A stretch of 64,000 bases of DNA from NCBI RefSeq assembly GCF_006345805.1, contig NC_043011.1:52278464-52342463 (forward strand), written 5' to 3'. The notes below the pieces were generated by a model. It worked only from the letters and a program-made list of their open reading frames with translations. It had not been told where the DNA came from and ran no database searches. Numbering within the stretch: the stretch's first letter is position 1; every line of letters starts with the position of its first letter. The position numbers and the translations under genes were made by a program. The stretch comes from Octopus sinensis. Lineage: Eukaryota. Below are positions 1-11,620 of this stretch, piece by piece.

Positions 1-152
1 CTTTCTCTCTGTCTTCTTTTGTTTCTTCCTCTCTTCCTCTGTATCATGCTCCAGTGGCACATTGATTGCCAATTGGTCATTTGGCAATCAATTCGCAACA
101 GTTTATTACCATAAATTACTTTTTAACATATTTAATGCAGTGAGTCATTTCA

Positions 153-180
<28 letters not shown>

Positions 181-183
<3 letters not shown>

Positions 184-460
184 TGTCTGATCAATAAGTA
201 TCCGGATTGTTGTCATAGTAATGAAGCTAAAACACACAGAGTGAAGCCACTTGGCACAGATTGACCTTGAACTTTGCTGTGCATGCACTCTTAGTTTTAA
301 CATTCTAGCTCACTTCCACTGTTTACAGCAGTGCTTGGAAGGAAGGTGTGTAGCATGTGATCATCATATTAACCATGACAGATAAAGGTGAGCAGAGAAT
401 CTGCATCAAATTTTGCCAAAAGCTTGACAATACCTGCTCAGAGGCCTACACAAAGCTTTC
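181..460 (+). mobile_element. Mariner/Tc1 transposon 5' fragment
   Basis: TIR-like start CTGATCAATAAGTATCCGGA. The ATG at 375 reads MTDKGEQRICIKFCQKLDNTCSEAYTKL, resembling the mariner transposase N-terminal EQRxCIKFC motif; truncated afterwards. Confidence 0.7.
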
Positions 461-679
461 ACTATTTCAAAGTTTTTGTTATTGTTTAGTTCCAGATCAA
501 CCCTGATTCAACAGACCCATTATCAAAGGCATTCCGGACCTGACCATTCCAAATTTTCCTGTGTGCAAGGAATGCAAGGCCATGCCATCCAATGTCCATT
601 TTTTTAAGTTGAGTGATACTGAGTGATTTGGCTGCTATTATTAACAAGTTACTCATGTACAACAGTTGCTCTCTAGTAA

Positions 680-790
680 AATCCCACTGGATCTTATACT
701 CATTGTTCTCAGTGATGCCTTCTGGTTCATGTTTGTACCATTTCTGTGCTGTGTGCAGATTGTACTTTTCACTCAGTCTCCAGTGAATTA
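680..790 (-). mobile_element. RLE-type non-LTR retrotransposon fragment (R4/Dong-like)
   Basis: ORF 486..809 contains IIHWRLSEKYNLHTAQKWYKHEPEGITENNEYKIQWDF, typical of the region just upstream of the restriction-like endonuclease. Confidence 0.7.
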
Positions 791-814
791 TTATCATCAT
801 CATCATCATTATTA

Positions 815-1290
815 TTGATTGAGAGGGCAGTGCATGCCATCAAAGTGACACTGGGGTACAATTATATGAAGCCCAATATGCCCATCATGACTACCAGTCT
901 GATTAAGAGTACACCAGACACCTGCATCACAGCCTTATGTGTGCAACATGGTGATCTTATATCAAGTGTGGCTCAGTGAGAATTCTCTTGCGGTTGAGTA
1001 GCTCATCCAGCTCAAAAGGTCCCTGGATAAGAGCTGTTTAAGGATGTTGAACGAAACACCCATATTTTCAGAAGTAAATTATTCAAATCTCAAGGAATTC
1101 CTCTCAACACATGGTTATGATGCTCACCCATTACATCTGCTTGTGATCAGAGATACACATATCATCACATGCTCAACTGGTTACGGTCAAGCGACTGACA
1201 AACGAATTTGTGAGACAAAACAGTGAACACGATAACGCTTTCAATCAGTTAAGATCAAAAGTCATGAGAACTAGTGACTGATACTGCATC

Positions 1291-1292
<2 letters not shown>
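815..1292 (-). mobile_element. Non-autonomous element embedded in (TAA)n, degenerate copy
   Basis: Similar to 27132-27688 with internal deletions; (ATT)n-like tracts on both sides. Confidence 0.7.
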
Positions 1293-1349
<57 letters not shown>

Positions 1350-1989
1350 GTGACTTTCAAAGAATTCTAAATATAGCATTCATATACTCACTTATGTACC
1401 TATGCATACATGTACTCATAGATGCACATGTACTCATAGATATGTGCATACTCATACAAGAAGGATACACACACAGGCATATACACATGCACACATACAC
1501 ACACGCACACATTTCCATGTAGACACAGACATTTCTACACACACACACACACACACACACTTCCACACAGACCCATGCTCACATATACGTATACTTTAAA
1601 ATAAAGATCAAGTTAGAGATGCTACTTTTGTTAACCCTATCCTCACCCTCCTATTGTTTAGATTTCATCTGATAATGTTAACGATGATAACAGACTGGAT
1701 TCTGGCTTATTGTCTGTTTGTCAGTGTGTGTTGTTATGGTCTGTGTGTGTATGTTGTTACGTTCTGTGTATGTATGTTGTTACTGTCTGTGTGTGTTGTT
1801 ACTGTCTATGTGTATGTGTGGATGTATACACATGTACATAGTCACACATATACACACAAGAGAGACTATCTAGATAAAGTACTCAAAGCATTTTAATGCT
1901 GAAAGATTATATTTATTGAAGTTATATATGTGTGTGCATGTATGCATGTGTGTATATCATTCAGTGTGTGTGTTTATGTATGTTTGTAT

Positions 1990-2028
<39 letters not shown>

Positions 2029-2742
2029 TGAGACCGATAGAATAAGTACTAGGCTTACAAAGAATAAGTCCCGGGGTCAATTTGCTCGACTAAAGGCAGT
2101 GCTCCAGCATGGCCGCAGTCAAATGACTGAAACAAGTAAAAGAGTAAATATACATACACACACACATGTGTGTGTGTACTTACATATGTACTTACACGTG
2201 TGTGTGAGTAATATACTTTTATATCCTTAGGGAATTTTCCTGATTCCTTTCTTTTCAATCAACCATTCAAAATGTAACTAATTAAGACTGTCTCATTAAG
2301 ACTAGATTAATGTGTGTTAGATAGCTTCTTCCTCACCCCTTTGCTTCCTGCCTTCTTCTCCCCCCTAATTTTTTAATTGGATCATCAATTTCTTTCTCCT
2401 TCTTATACTATCTCAGCACAGAAACAACATTTAAATTAACGAGTGTAATTAATGATAATGAAGAAATCCATTTCTTGAACATTATGGAAATTAATTTAAT
2501 TTTAATTCAAATGGTATTGTTGTTACTGTTGCTGTTTAACCCAAGGCTAAATCTGAATGAGTAGATTGCTGATTGTTTGAAGACCTTCCAGCTGGTACCA
2601 ATCCATATTCTTGTCTGTCTCGGCAAGATTGTGTGGAAGTGAGGTTTCTTTTGTAATCATGTGACTTTGAGTTCTATCTCGTTCTACAATGCCTTGGGCA
2701 GGTGTCTTCTACTGTAGCCTCAAACTAATCAATATTGCTTTG

Positions 2743-2778
<36 letters not shown>

Positions 2779-3049
2779 GGTACTTGAATAATCATCATCT
2801 GAATGTCTTCAGTTTTTGTCTCTCTATTTACATGTAAATAATCTTTTACTCTTTTATTGGCTTCAGTCATTTGACTGTGGCCATGCTGGAGCACTGCCTT
2901 TAGTCAAGCAAATTGACCCAAGGACTTATTCTTTGTAAGCCTAGTACTTATACACTGGGAATATCCAGAATTTTGTGTACTCCACATGCACCCTTGGATT
3001 AACCAGAGAATGAGAAATCGGTGCCCCTCCCAGTTCTTCCCACCAGATT

Positions 3050-3530
3050 ACAGTTATGTCATTAATATAAGCTCATTTCACCTGGTTAATTTCTGCCTCT
3101 CCCATCTATAAAACTTACCTGAGACAGCACCTTTTACTCTCCTCTCACTTTCCTTCTCAAATCATACTTGAAGAAGTTGCTGAGGGTTTGTCATGGTAGG
3201 ACTTGTCTTCAACCCTTTCAATGAAATCCATCTTACTATTTCTTCAGCCTCCAGATGGTGGAGGATTTCTGCTCATCTTTTCCATAAAGGAAGTTGTATG
3301 AACTAATAAAAGGACCTTTATGAAATAGCTTAATCTTCTAGAAAGAGCAACCAAGTGTTCCTCAAGTCACATGCTACTGTCTTAACCCTCTGAACATGGA
3401 ATTCCTGAATGCAATTTAGCCTGTTGACCAGGTTCCTAGAATGAAAATTCTGAAACAATACCAGCCCAAACATCTGCCCTTCAAGTTTCAGCCACAGAGG
3501 ATTAGAACTTTCCAAACTGGTTGCTCACAT
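3050..3530 (-). mobile_element. Degenerate Tx1/L1-like LINE ORF2 C-terminal fragment
   Basis: Purine-rich minus strand with broken frames (e.g. YDLRRKVRGE*KVLSQ); family assignment from recollection only. Confidence 0.4.
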
Positions 3531-3555
3531 TCAAAGGACTAAGAAGAGAAAGATA

Positions 3556-3954
3556 TCTTTATATATAAAAGTGAAGTTGTGTGTCTGTCTCCTACGATTT
3601 AGATTCCTAACTACTCCCACATTTTGCGGTGCAGTGTAACCAAAAGCGGGTATCTTATAGTCGTGATTCATATCGAGCCCTTCTGGGTATTAGCGCGCAT
3701 CTACGATGAGTTTACGATTTGAAAAAAAATTTACCATCATTTTTTCCCATTTTTAATGCATTTTTTGCTGTTATATAAGGGAAGTAACTCTCTAAAAATG
3801 TATTATTAAATCTCAGAACGTAAAAAGCTACAGTAACACCCCCCCCCCCTTTGTGGTTAGCCATATTGAGATGGCTATTATACTTTACATCTCTAAAAAT
3901 GCTTACATAGTTATTTCCCTTACAAACCCGAGCAACGCCGGGCGATACTGCTAC
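3556..3954 (+). mobile_element. Non-autonomous Helitron
   Basis: 5' A|TCTTTATATATAAAAG; 3' hairpin CCCGAGCAACGCCGGG followed by CGATACTGCTAC|T (CTAG variant); A/T target, no TSD. Confidence 0.75.
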
Positions 3955-4549
3955 TTTTAGATAATTAGATACACTATGTATGAATAAAGTGAAAGGAGAG
4001 TCAAAGAATTATTTTGATCAGGGGTTAGTTGGATCAAATTTGACCTGGGGCTAAAACAACAGCAGCAACAGTTTAATCAACATGTGATAAACTTCTGACA
4101 TTAATGATATCCTCTCATTACATTCACGTACACACACAAAGGATCAGATTTAGGGGTCAAAGTTGAGGCTTTGTTTCTTTGATAATTTGGTCTACTCCCT
4201 ACAGTCAAGCTACCTCTTACCACTCCCTTTTCTTATTGCCTGCCAGTGTTGTGTGTGCTGTCGGTGGTGGTGGTGGTGGTGGTACTAGTGAGAGAAAGAG
4301 GTGGGGTGAGGGGTTGATGCTTCTGAATGGTCTTCAAACTGTATTTTTTTTTCTTTCTGATCCTTACCCACACCCTTAATGATTTTCTTCACAATTTTCA
4401 CCTTTCTTTATCTATCCCTTCATCCCTACCCCCCTCCTCATATCATCTCCTCACCCTCACAGCCCAACTCAACCCAGCTCACTGCCTCCTTCTCGAGATT
4501 TGTCTGGTATTTCTAACTGCAGAGTTCTGTGATACAGATATGCTTGATT

Positions 4550-5230
4550 GTATACATGCATGCACGTATGTATGTATGTATGTATGTATGTATGTATGTA
4601 TGTATGTATGTATGTATGTATACATGCATGCACGTATGTATGTATGTATGTATGTATGTATGTATGTATGTATGTATACATGCATGCACGTATGTATGTA
4701 TGTATGTATGTATGTATGTATGTATACATGCATGCACGTATGTATATATGTCTGTATGTATGTATGTATGTGTGTGTACATATGTACGTAGATATGTATA
4801 TATACATATGTATATGTGTACATACATATATATATCTATATGTATATGTATATACACATGTATGTGCAAATATAAGTGCATGCATGCATGTGTGTGTGTG
4901 TACATATGTACGTAGATATGTATATATACACTTGTGTATATACATATACATACATATGTATATGTGTACATACATATGTATATCTGTATATACATATGTA
5001 TATGCAAATATAAGTGCATGTATGTGTGTGTGTGTGTGTGTACATATGTACGTAGATATGTATATATACACTTGTGTATATACATATACATACATATGTA
5101 TATGTGTACATAAATATGTATATCTGTATATACATATGTATATGTATGTGTACATACACATGTATGCTCAAATATAAGTGCATGCATGTGTGTGTGTGTG
5201 TGTATGTATACACACACATGCACAAACACA
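4550..5230. repeat. Compound (ATGT)n/(AT/GT) satellite with higher-order repeats
   Basis: (TATG)n blocks punctuated by TACATGCATGCACG, then about three copies of a 120-140 bp unit starting TACATATGTACGTAGATATG (near 4778, 4901, 5041). This explains the spurious MYV/HTY ORFs. Confidence 0.9.
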
Positions 5231-5636
5231 CATATTTATACAGACACATATAGGTGCAGTCCCAGCTGTCACTTCCCCCTACACACACACACACATTCAC
5301 CCGTACCTTCTTACCAAATCCTTAATTCCTTGTGAGAAACCTATACAAAAATTTACAGATTCTTTTACAACCATAAACTCCACCATCACCCTTGTCCAGT
5401 ACACCCACTACTCCCTTTCTACCCCGACCCTCATTTTTTATTTTTATTCCCTGTCTGTACTTTATCTCGGTATTTGCTGTGCTATAAAATTTACATTTTT
5501 TGATATGAAGGTGTGGAACTCAGAGAATGAAAGGGGAATGAGATCCTGTATTCTTTTTAAATTCTGTGATGGTGGTAGTGGCGGTGGTGGTGGTGGTGGC
5601 AGTTGTGTCTGTGCTGTTGTTGTTTAGCCCCAGGTT

Positions 5637-5965
5637 GTCGGAGACAGCCTCTTACAAAGGAACTTCTCTGTGGTAATTTACCACCAATGTCACACATCAT
5701 CAGAGAAGGAACAAGAAGATTTGCTGGACATTCCTGGAGAGCAAAAGATGAGATCATCAACGATGTTTATCTCTGGAAACCGAAGCATGGGTACGCAAAT
5801 TCAAATGTTGGTAGACCACATTGGACCTACATAAAGCAACTGTGCAGGGACTCTAAGTGCACCTGGGAAGACCTACCATGTGCAATGGTGGACTGAACAG
5901 ACTGGGGCAGAATGAGTCGCAGCAATCCATGCAATAAGCACAGCAAGATGATGATGATGATGATG
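5637..5965 (+). mobile_element. RTE-like LINE 3' fragment with (GAT)n tail
   Basis: ORF 5603..5896 contains GNLPPMSHIIREGTRRFAGHSWRAKDEIINDVYLWKPKHG...GRPHWTYIKQL, resembling the RTE ORF C-terminus (RFAGH, GRP); followed by GATGATGAT. Confidence 0.75.
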
Positions 5966-6132
5966 TCCTTGATCCATCAGACTTTTGATGAAAGGGTGTT
6001 CGAAATTAAAATCATAACTATACCATTTTTCTTTTAATCAAAGAAAATGTGATCATATTTGTAGTTATGATGGTGGTGATGTTAGTGAGTAATGTGGTTG
6101 TAGTGATGATAGTGGTCACATTGATTGTCATT

Positions 6133-6545
6133 GTGCGGCGAGCTGGCAGAAACGTTGGCACACAGGGCGAAATGCGTAGCCGTATTTCGTCTGCTGTTAC
6201 GTTCTGAGTTCAAATTCTGCCGAGGTCGACTTTGCCTCTCATCCTTTCGGGGTCGATAAATTAAGTACCAGTTACGCACTGGGTCGATGTAATCGACTTA
6301 ATCCTTTTGTCTGTCCTTGTTTGTCCTCTCTGTATTTGGCCCCTTGTGGGTAGTAAAGAAATAGGTATTTCGTCTGCTGTTACGTTCTGAGTTCAAATTC
6401 CGCTGAGGTCTACTTTGCTTTTCATCCTTTCGGGGTCGATAAATTAAGTACCAGTCACGCACTGGGATCAATGTAATCGACTTAATGCCTTTGTCTGTCC
6501 ATGTTTGTCCCTCTATGTTTAGCCCCTTGTGGATAATAAAAGAAT
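6133..6545 (+). mobile_element. SINE family A (head AAGGCGGCGAGCTGGCAG), dimer
   Basis: Head with B-box-like GAGTTCAAATTC, core CTTTCATCCTTTCGGGGTCGATAAATTAAGTACCAG, 3' end GTAAAGAAATA; second unit starts at GGTATTTCGTC (6364). Confidence 0.9.
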
Positions 6546-8671
6546 AAAATAGTATGGTTATTGTGGTGGTGGCCATTGTAGTTGTAATAGTTGTGATGGT
6601 AGAACTCTGTATAGTCGTGGTGGTAGTAATAGCCAATCTGGTTGTAATAGTGGGATGGTTAGTGTAGGTGTAGTGGTTTGGTCAATGTAGTTGTAGTAGT
6701 AGTTATACTTCTAGTGGTGGTTGCAAAGAGTATCAAAGAAAGTGCTATTTGTAGTGGTGATGGTTGTTTGTGATGTTGTTGCTGTTGTTGTTATTTAACC
6801 TCATTAAACCCTGACTGAGCAAACATTATCAAAGACATTCCAACCATGGCCATGCAACCTTTTTAAGGGTATCAAGAAATACTTTCTTGAGTAAGACACT
6901 AGGCTTGATTTGAGGAGAGAGATTTTGCTATTTTCCAGCGTGTTGAGTGATCATATGCCTACAATATATGTTGTTGAGAGTGCAATGTTGCTGTGATGGG
7001 TTGTCCTTATAAGATACCTAGTTTGAGATAGAAGGATTGGTGCGTATAGACAAAGTGAAGGGGAAACAGCTCACATCTTTTAGTATATGGAATCATAAGT
7101 TTCTTTCTAATTAGTTGAGATAACAGAAGATTCTCTAATGTGCACTGATTTGACTAATTAGAATTGGTATTAATCACACCCTAGTCAAACTTCAATTCTG
7201 AATGCATGCTAAAAATATATATATTTTATGTAATAATTTGAAATAAAAAAAAAATTTTTTTTTAGAATTGAATGATACATAGCCACATGTTCAACACCAC
7301 TGTGAAAATAGGTGCCAGAAATTTTACCTGCCTCCATGACTTTGTTACTCAATTTCTATTGAAATGCACTGTCTTAATTAATTTGTAAAATAATGAGGAA
7401 TTATTAAAATAATAATTGTTGTTATCAAGCCATTACTTGAAACAAATTAGTGCGAAATTTTAATGGAAGAATAATTTAGATTTGTTGTTGTTATTTAACC
7501 CCAGGAAACCCTGAGCTCCAACAACTTCAGTTTTCCATCTGTCCAATAATAGTAATAATTCCTTCTATTGTAGACACATGACCTGAATTTTTGTGGGAAT
7601 GGGGGCTAGTAAATTATATCAACCCCAGTGAATAACTGGTACATAAACACGAGTTTTATGTCATAGAACCAGGGCTAGTCCTAGATGGGTTTAATACCAG
7701 AAGGATTTAGTACCAGATGGGATTGGTACCAGAAGGGTTTAGTACCCTTTTGTTACCATATTTTTGTTGAAATACACTGCCTTTGTTTCAATTAATTTAG
7801 AAAATAATGAAGAATTTGGTAAAAGAAACTTTGTCCTTATTAAGGTGGTGTTAGGAATGAATTAACATGAAATTTTGATAGATTTTAATCTAGGTCACTT
7901 TAAACATGAGGTTTGTGTCATAGCACTGAGGGTAATAATATCAGGCGGGTTAGTATGAAAGAAGTTAAACCTGAAAATTTTGTGACACATTACCAGACGC
8001 TGTCAATGGACAGACAATCTACGGTTCCACAACATTGAAACTAATGCATGTCATTATGTCTGAGATATTTATTTCAAACAAATTTCTGGATATTCCCAGA
8101 GTTTTAATGTGAAATATTATCCTTTTAAAGTACTGCTGTCAAAAAGTTGAGTGATTTTTTTTTTTTTTTTGGTCTTTTCCCTGACTATATTTATTTATTT
8201 ATTTATTTATTTTGGTGGTGGAGTGTCTAATATTCAGATTTTTACCTCATATTTTCAAGTATTGGTTTCCCTCATTTCATATGGTGATACTTAAAACAAC
8301 AACAACAACAACAACTAAATACATAAAGTGAATATAGAATGTTGTACAGCTGTGAAAGTAAAGTTGTATGATATTCACAGCTTCTACAAATTTTTAGTGG
8401 AATGAAAAAATATTTCTTTTTTATTTACATGTTATAAGTGCAAGGCTCAGATTTGGAAAAGGGATTTTTTAAAAAAATAGTCTAGACAGTGAAGGAAAAA
8501 CAATACTCATGCTGCTCCCTTTTTTCGTAACTGTCCTCTGTAACTATTGCAGAGAAAAGGGGTGAAGGAGTTATGTCTCTCCCATGGGTTATCTTCAGAT
8601 GGAAGATATGATTCGAATGCTTGTTTCAACAGAATGTACTCTACTAAAGATATCCAAGAGAGGGTCAGATA

Positions 8672-9072
8672 ATATATTTATATATATATATATAAGCTGA
8701 AGTTGTCTATGTATGGCAGGTTTGGTAGCCTTCAACTAACACTATCTTCTCTGAGACCCTGCGGCGCAAGTTGACCAAAATTGAGAGTATGATAGAAGAA
8801 GGCTTGCTCTTCCTTCCGTAGAAAAAAAAATTCAAATCGGACCATGTCAACACCAAAAATTATTTACATCAAAAAGGTGCTTTTTTTCTATGAAAATCCC
8901 GATTTTTTACGGTTTTTTTTACTGCTGTGTTGCCATTTTTCAGTGTATTTCTACCAGAAAAATGCTCACTTAAAGAGAATAACAAGCTACATAATGCAAA
9001 ATTTTTACTTTTCAAAAATTCCAATTCTAAAGGGTCGAAACAAACCCGAGCAATGCCGGGCGATACTGCTAG
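8672..9072 (+). mobile_element. Non-autonomous Helitron
   Basis: TATATA...AAGCTGAAGTTG start; 3' CCCGAGCAATGCCGGG hairpin then CGATACTGCTAG|T; same 3' end as 3556-3954. Confidence 0.8.
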
Positions 9073-9528
9073 TAAGTGTTAAATGGAGGCATAGATGGGG
9101 GTTAGTCAACTGAATTGAAAACCCAGCATATGACTGGTACTTGTTTTTATCAAAACACCAGAGATTTGAAATCATAATATTAATCACCTGGAGAAAATAA
9201 TACATGTTTAATGTTTATACAAGTGTTCCTGCTATAGCTAACCTAAGTGTAAAGTTTCAAATTTAGAGTAAGGAGTGTAGTAGATTTAATGGGAACCCCT
9301 CTCTATTACATGTTTGGGACTTGTTTCATGGACCCTGGGAGAATGAAATGGTAAATTAATCTTGGAGGAATTTGAACATGGAGTGTAAAAGGATGCAATT
9401 AAATTCTTTCATTTTGTAGTGTTGCTCTATGTATAATTTGCTCCTGAGCCACATGGTTTCTGAGAGCGAACTTCTTAACCACACGGTCATACCTGTGCCT
9501 CTTAATAATAATAGCAATAATAATAAAG

Positions 9529-9849
9529 ATAATAGATGTTGCAATACCAGGTGAATTGAAGGTGAAATGTAAGGAAACAGAAAAGATTGAGAAATACCAG
9601 CCACGGCGGGATGAGATATAAAAGTTATGGGGCATGAGGAAAATAATGGTGATACCGGTTGTAATTGGAGCATTAGGAGCAATTTCCAAGGGCTTTGAAA
9701 AACATATTAAGAATATTGGAGCTACTGTCAGGCTCGAGGTGATCCAGAAGACAGCATTGTTGGGTATAGCTCACATTCTAAGGAGAGTATTGTCTCACTA
9801 CTTGTGACCTTTGGTGATTTGTAATAATAATAATAATAATAATAATAAT
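9529..9849 (+). mobile_element. R4/Dong-like RLE endonuclease 3' fragment in a (TAA)n tract
   Basis: Manual translation IIDVAIPGELKVKCKETEKIEKYQPRRDEI*KLWGMRKIMVIPVVIGALGAISKGFEKHIKNIGATVRLEVIQKTALLGIAHILRRVLS with one in-frame stop; TAA repeats on both sides. Confidence 0.8.
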
Positions 9850-10994
9850 ATGCTTATTTTCTCTATCCCTCTGAACAGACGGATGAAGAAAATAGGTAAA
9901 AAAAACCTAGTTTAGTGCAGCTTCAAGAAACAGTATTATTAGTGACAGCTAGGATGCTTAGGAAGGTTACTTGTAGACCAATGTTAGAATTTTTTTCCCA
10001 ACAGTCTAATATGTTGTGCATATATGAAATAATAATAATAATAATAATGGTTTCTGATAATAAGGGATTTAGTAAATTAAATTAACTCCAGTTTTGACTG
10101 GTACTTTTGACTGGAAGGATGAATGTTGAATGTGACTTCCAGCGACATTTGAACCTTGAACATAAAGGGAACATAACAAGGTAACTGAAAACAATACAGC
10201 AATGTAGCTTTTTTCTCTTTTTCTGCATCAAATCACTGCTCTTAGTGTGATGAAAGGTAATGAATGAAAGGTTAACAGTGACTGGCCACACCTCATGTAG
10301 CTTCACCCTCTCTCAGTCACATTACACTCTCTAGCAAAAGTTTCAGACTTTCCCATGGATTAACTAACAGCAATTAAATGCTTTACCCTAACCTTCACCC
10401 CCCACCAGCATGATAGCTGTTGGGTGGAGTAGGAGAGTGTATATTCTTTACATTGTACTGAGAAAGAGTTCACTGTTTCAACTGGTATCTGATGACGCAT
10501 TTATATCACAGGATATTATATTTATTTATCTATATCTGATATACCAAGATATATTTATATATGTGTGTGTGCATATGGATATATATATATAGGTGTATGT
10601 TTGAATGCATATATATATATATATATGGGTGGGGTGCGTACCGTTAATCCCTACATATTTTTCTCTCTCTGGGTTTTTTTCTTTCTGTCTCCATTTTTTT
10701 CCCGCTCACCCCTTTATGTTGACGAGCTTAGGTTCGGAATATCAAGGACTTTTTCATTTTGATTTTCCAGCAACTGGTGATTCAGCAAATCACTTCTTCT
10801 GGATAAATTATGAGGGAGAGCTTGAGATGCTCATCGTAGCCAGTCTGGCTTCCTGTATGACCTGTGTGTTTACATGCATTATTTGAACCCAGACTTGAAC
10901 ATAGCAAGATAATTAAAAGTAGTGCAACAATGTAGGCTTTTTTTTTTTTGCATCAAATCACTGCCCTTAGTGTGATGAAAGGTGATGAATGCAG

Positions 10995-11620
10995 TTCTTT
11001 GTGTTGGTATCAAAATTTCAAGAGATCCTCTGCTTGTTTAGCTTTAAGTTTCCTTTAACTATAGCTACCAGCACTCCATTGAATATGACAATCAATGTTC
11101 CAGCTATCCGATCCTGCTCATCAAATTCATGTACAAGTGACTGAGCACTCCACATAAATGCAAACCCTTAACATAGTTCTCAGGGAGATTCAGCATGATA
11201 CAGAATGTGAAAAGGCGGCAAGCTGGCAGAAACGTTAGCACACCAGGCGAAATGCTTAGTGGTATTTCGTCTGCCGCTACGTTCTGAGTTCAAATTCCGC
11301 CGAGGTCGACTTTGCCTTTCATCCTTTCAGGGTCGATTAAATAAGTACCAGTTACGCACTGGGGTCGATATAATTGACTTAATCCCTTTGTCTGTCCTTG
11401 TTTGCCCTCTCTGTGTGTAGCCCCTTGTGGGCAGTAAAGAAATAAGAATGTGAAAGGGCTGTCCCTTTGAATTACAGGTGCAACTCATTTTTGCCAGCTC
11501 TGTGGATGGGAGCCAAGTGAAAGAAAGTTGAATAAAATGTCTTGCTCAGGGACACAGTGTGCCACTTGGAATCACAACCTTATAATTTTGAGCTGAATAC
11601 TCTAACCATTAAGCCACGTG
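10995..11620 (-). mobile_element. SINE family D (tRNA-like head, AAGTGTCTTGCTCAAGGACACAAC body) interrupted by a family A SINE
   Basis: Related copies near 21300-21620 (-), 31920-32230 (-), 38030-38250 (+), 46530-46850 (+), 48490-48945 (-). Confidence 0.75.
11212..11444 (+). mobile_element. SINE family A, full length, nested, with TSD
   Basis: AGAATGTGAAA repeated at 11202 and 11445. Confidence 0.92.

Noticed and set aside
4327-5300. Long ORFs up to 238 aa (MCMYTYIY..., MYVCMYV...)
   Set aside because: These are translations of (ATGT)n/(AT)/(GT) microsatellites. The same applies to ORFs at about 1357-1599, 15472-15703, 36110-36542, 56806-57442 and 59328-59642.
6082-6279. Recurrent ORFs of the type [25 protein letters not shown]...
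   Set aside because: Antisense translations of SINE family A, not genes.
8553-8663. Possible 111-bp phase 0-0 open cassette exon (tgcag|...AGG|gtcaga)
   Set aside because: The peptide shows no recognisable similarity, would interrupt the FERM domain, and such signals arise by chance; RNA evidence would be needed.
10711-10750. TTGACGAGCTTAGGTTCGGAAT, a possible hammerhead relic
   Set aside because: Core and stem II are too degenerate to support a call.
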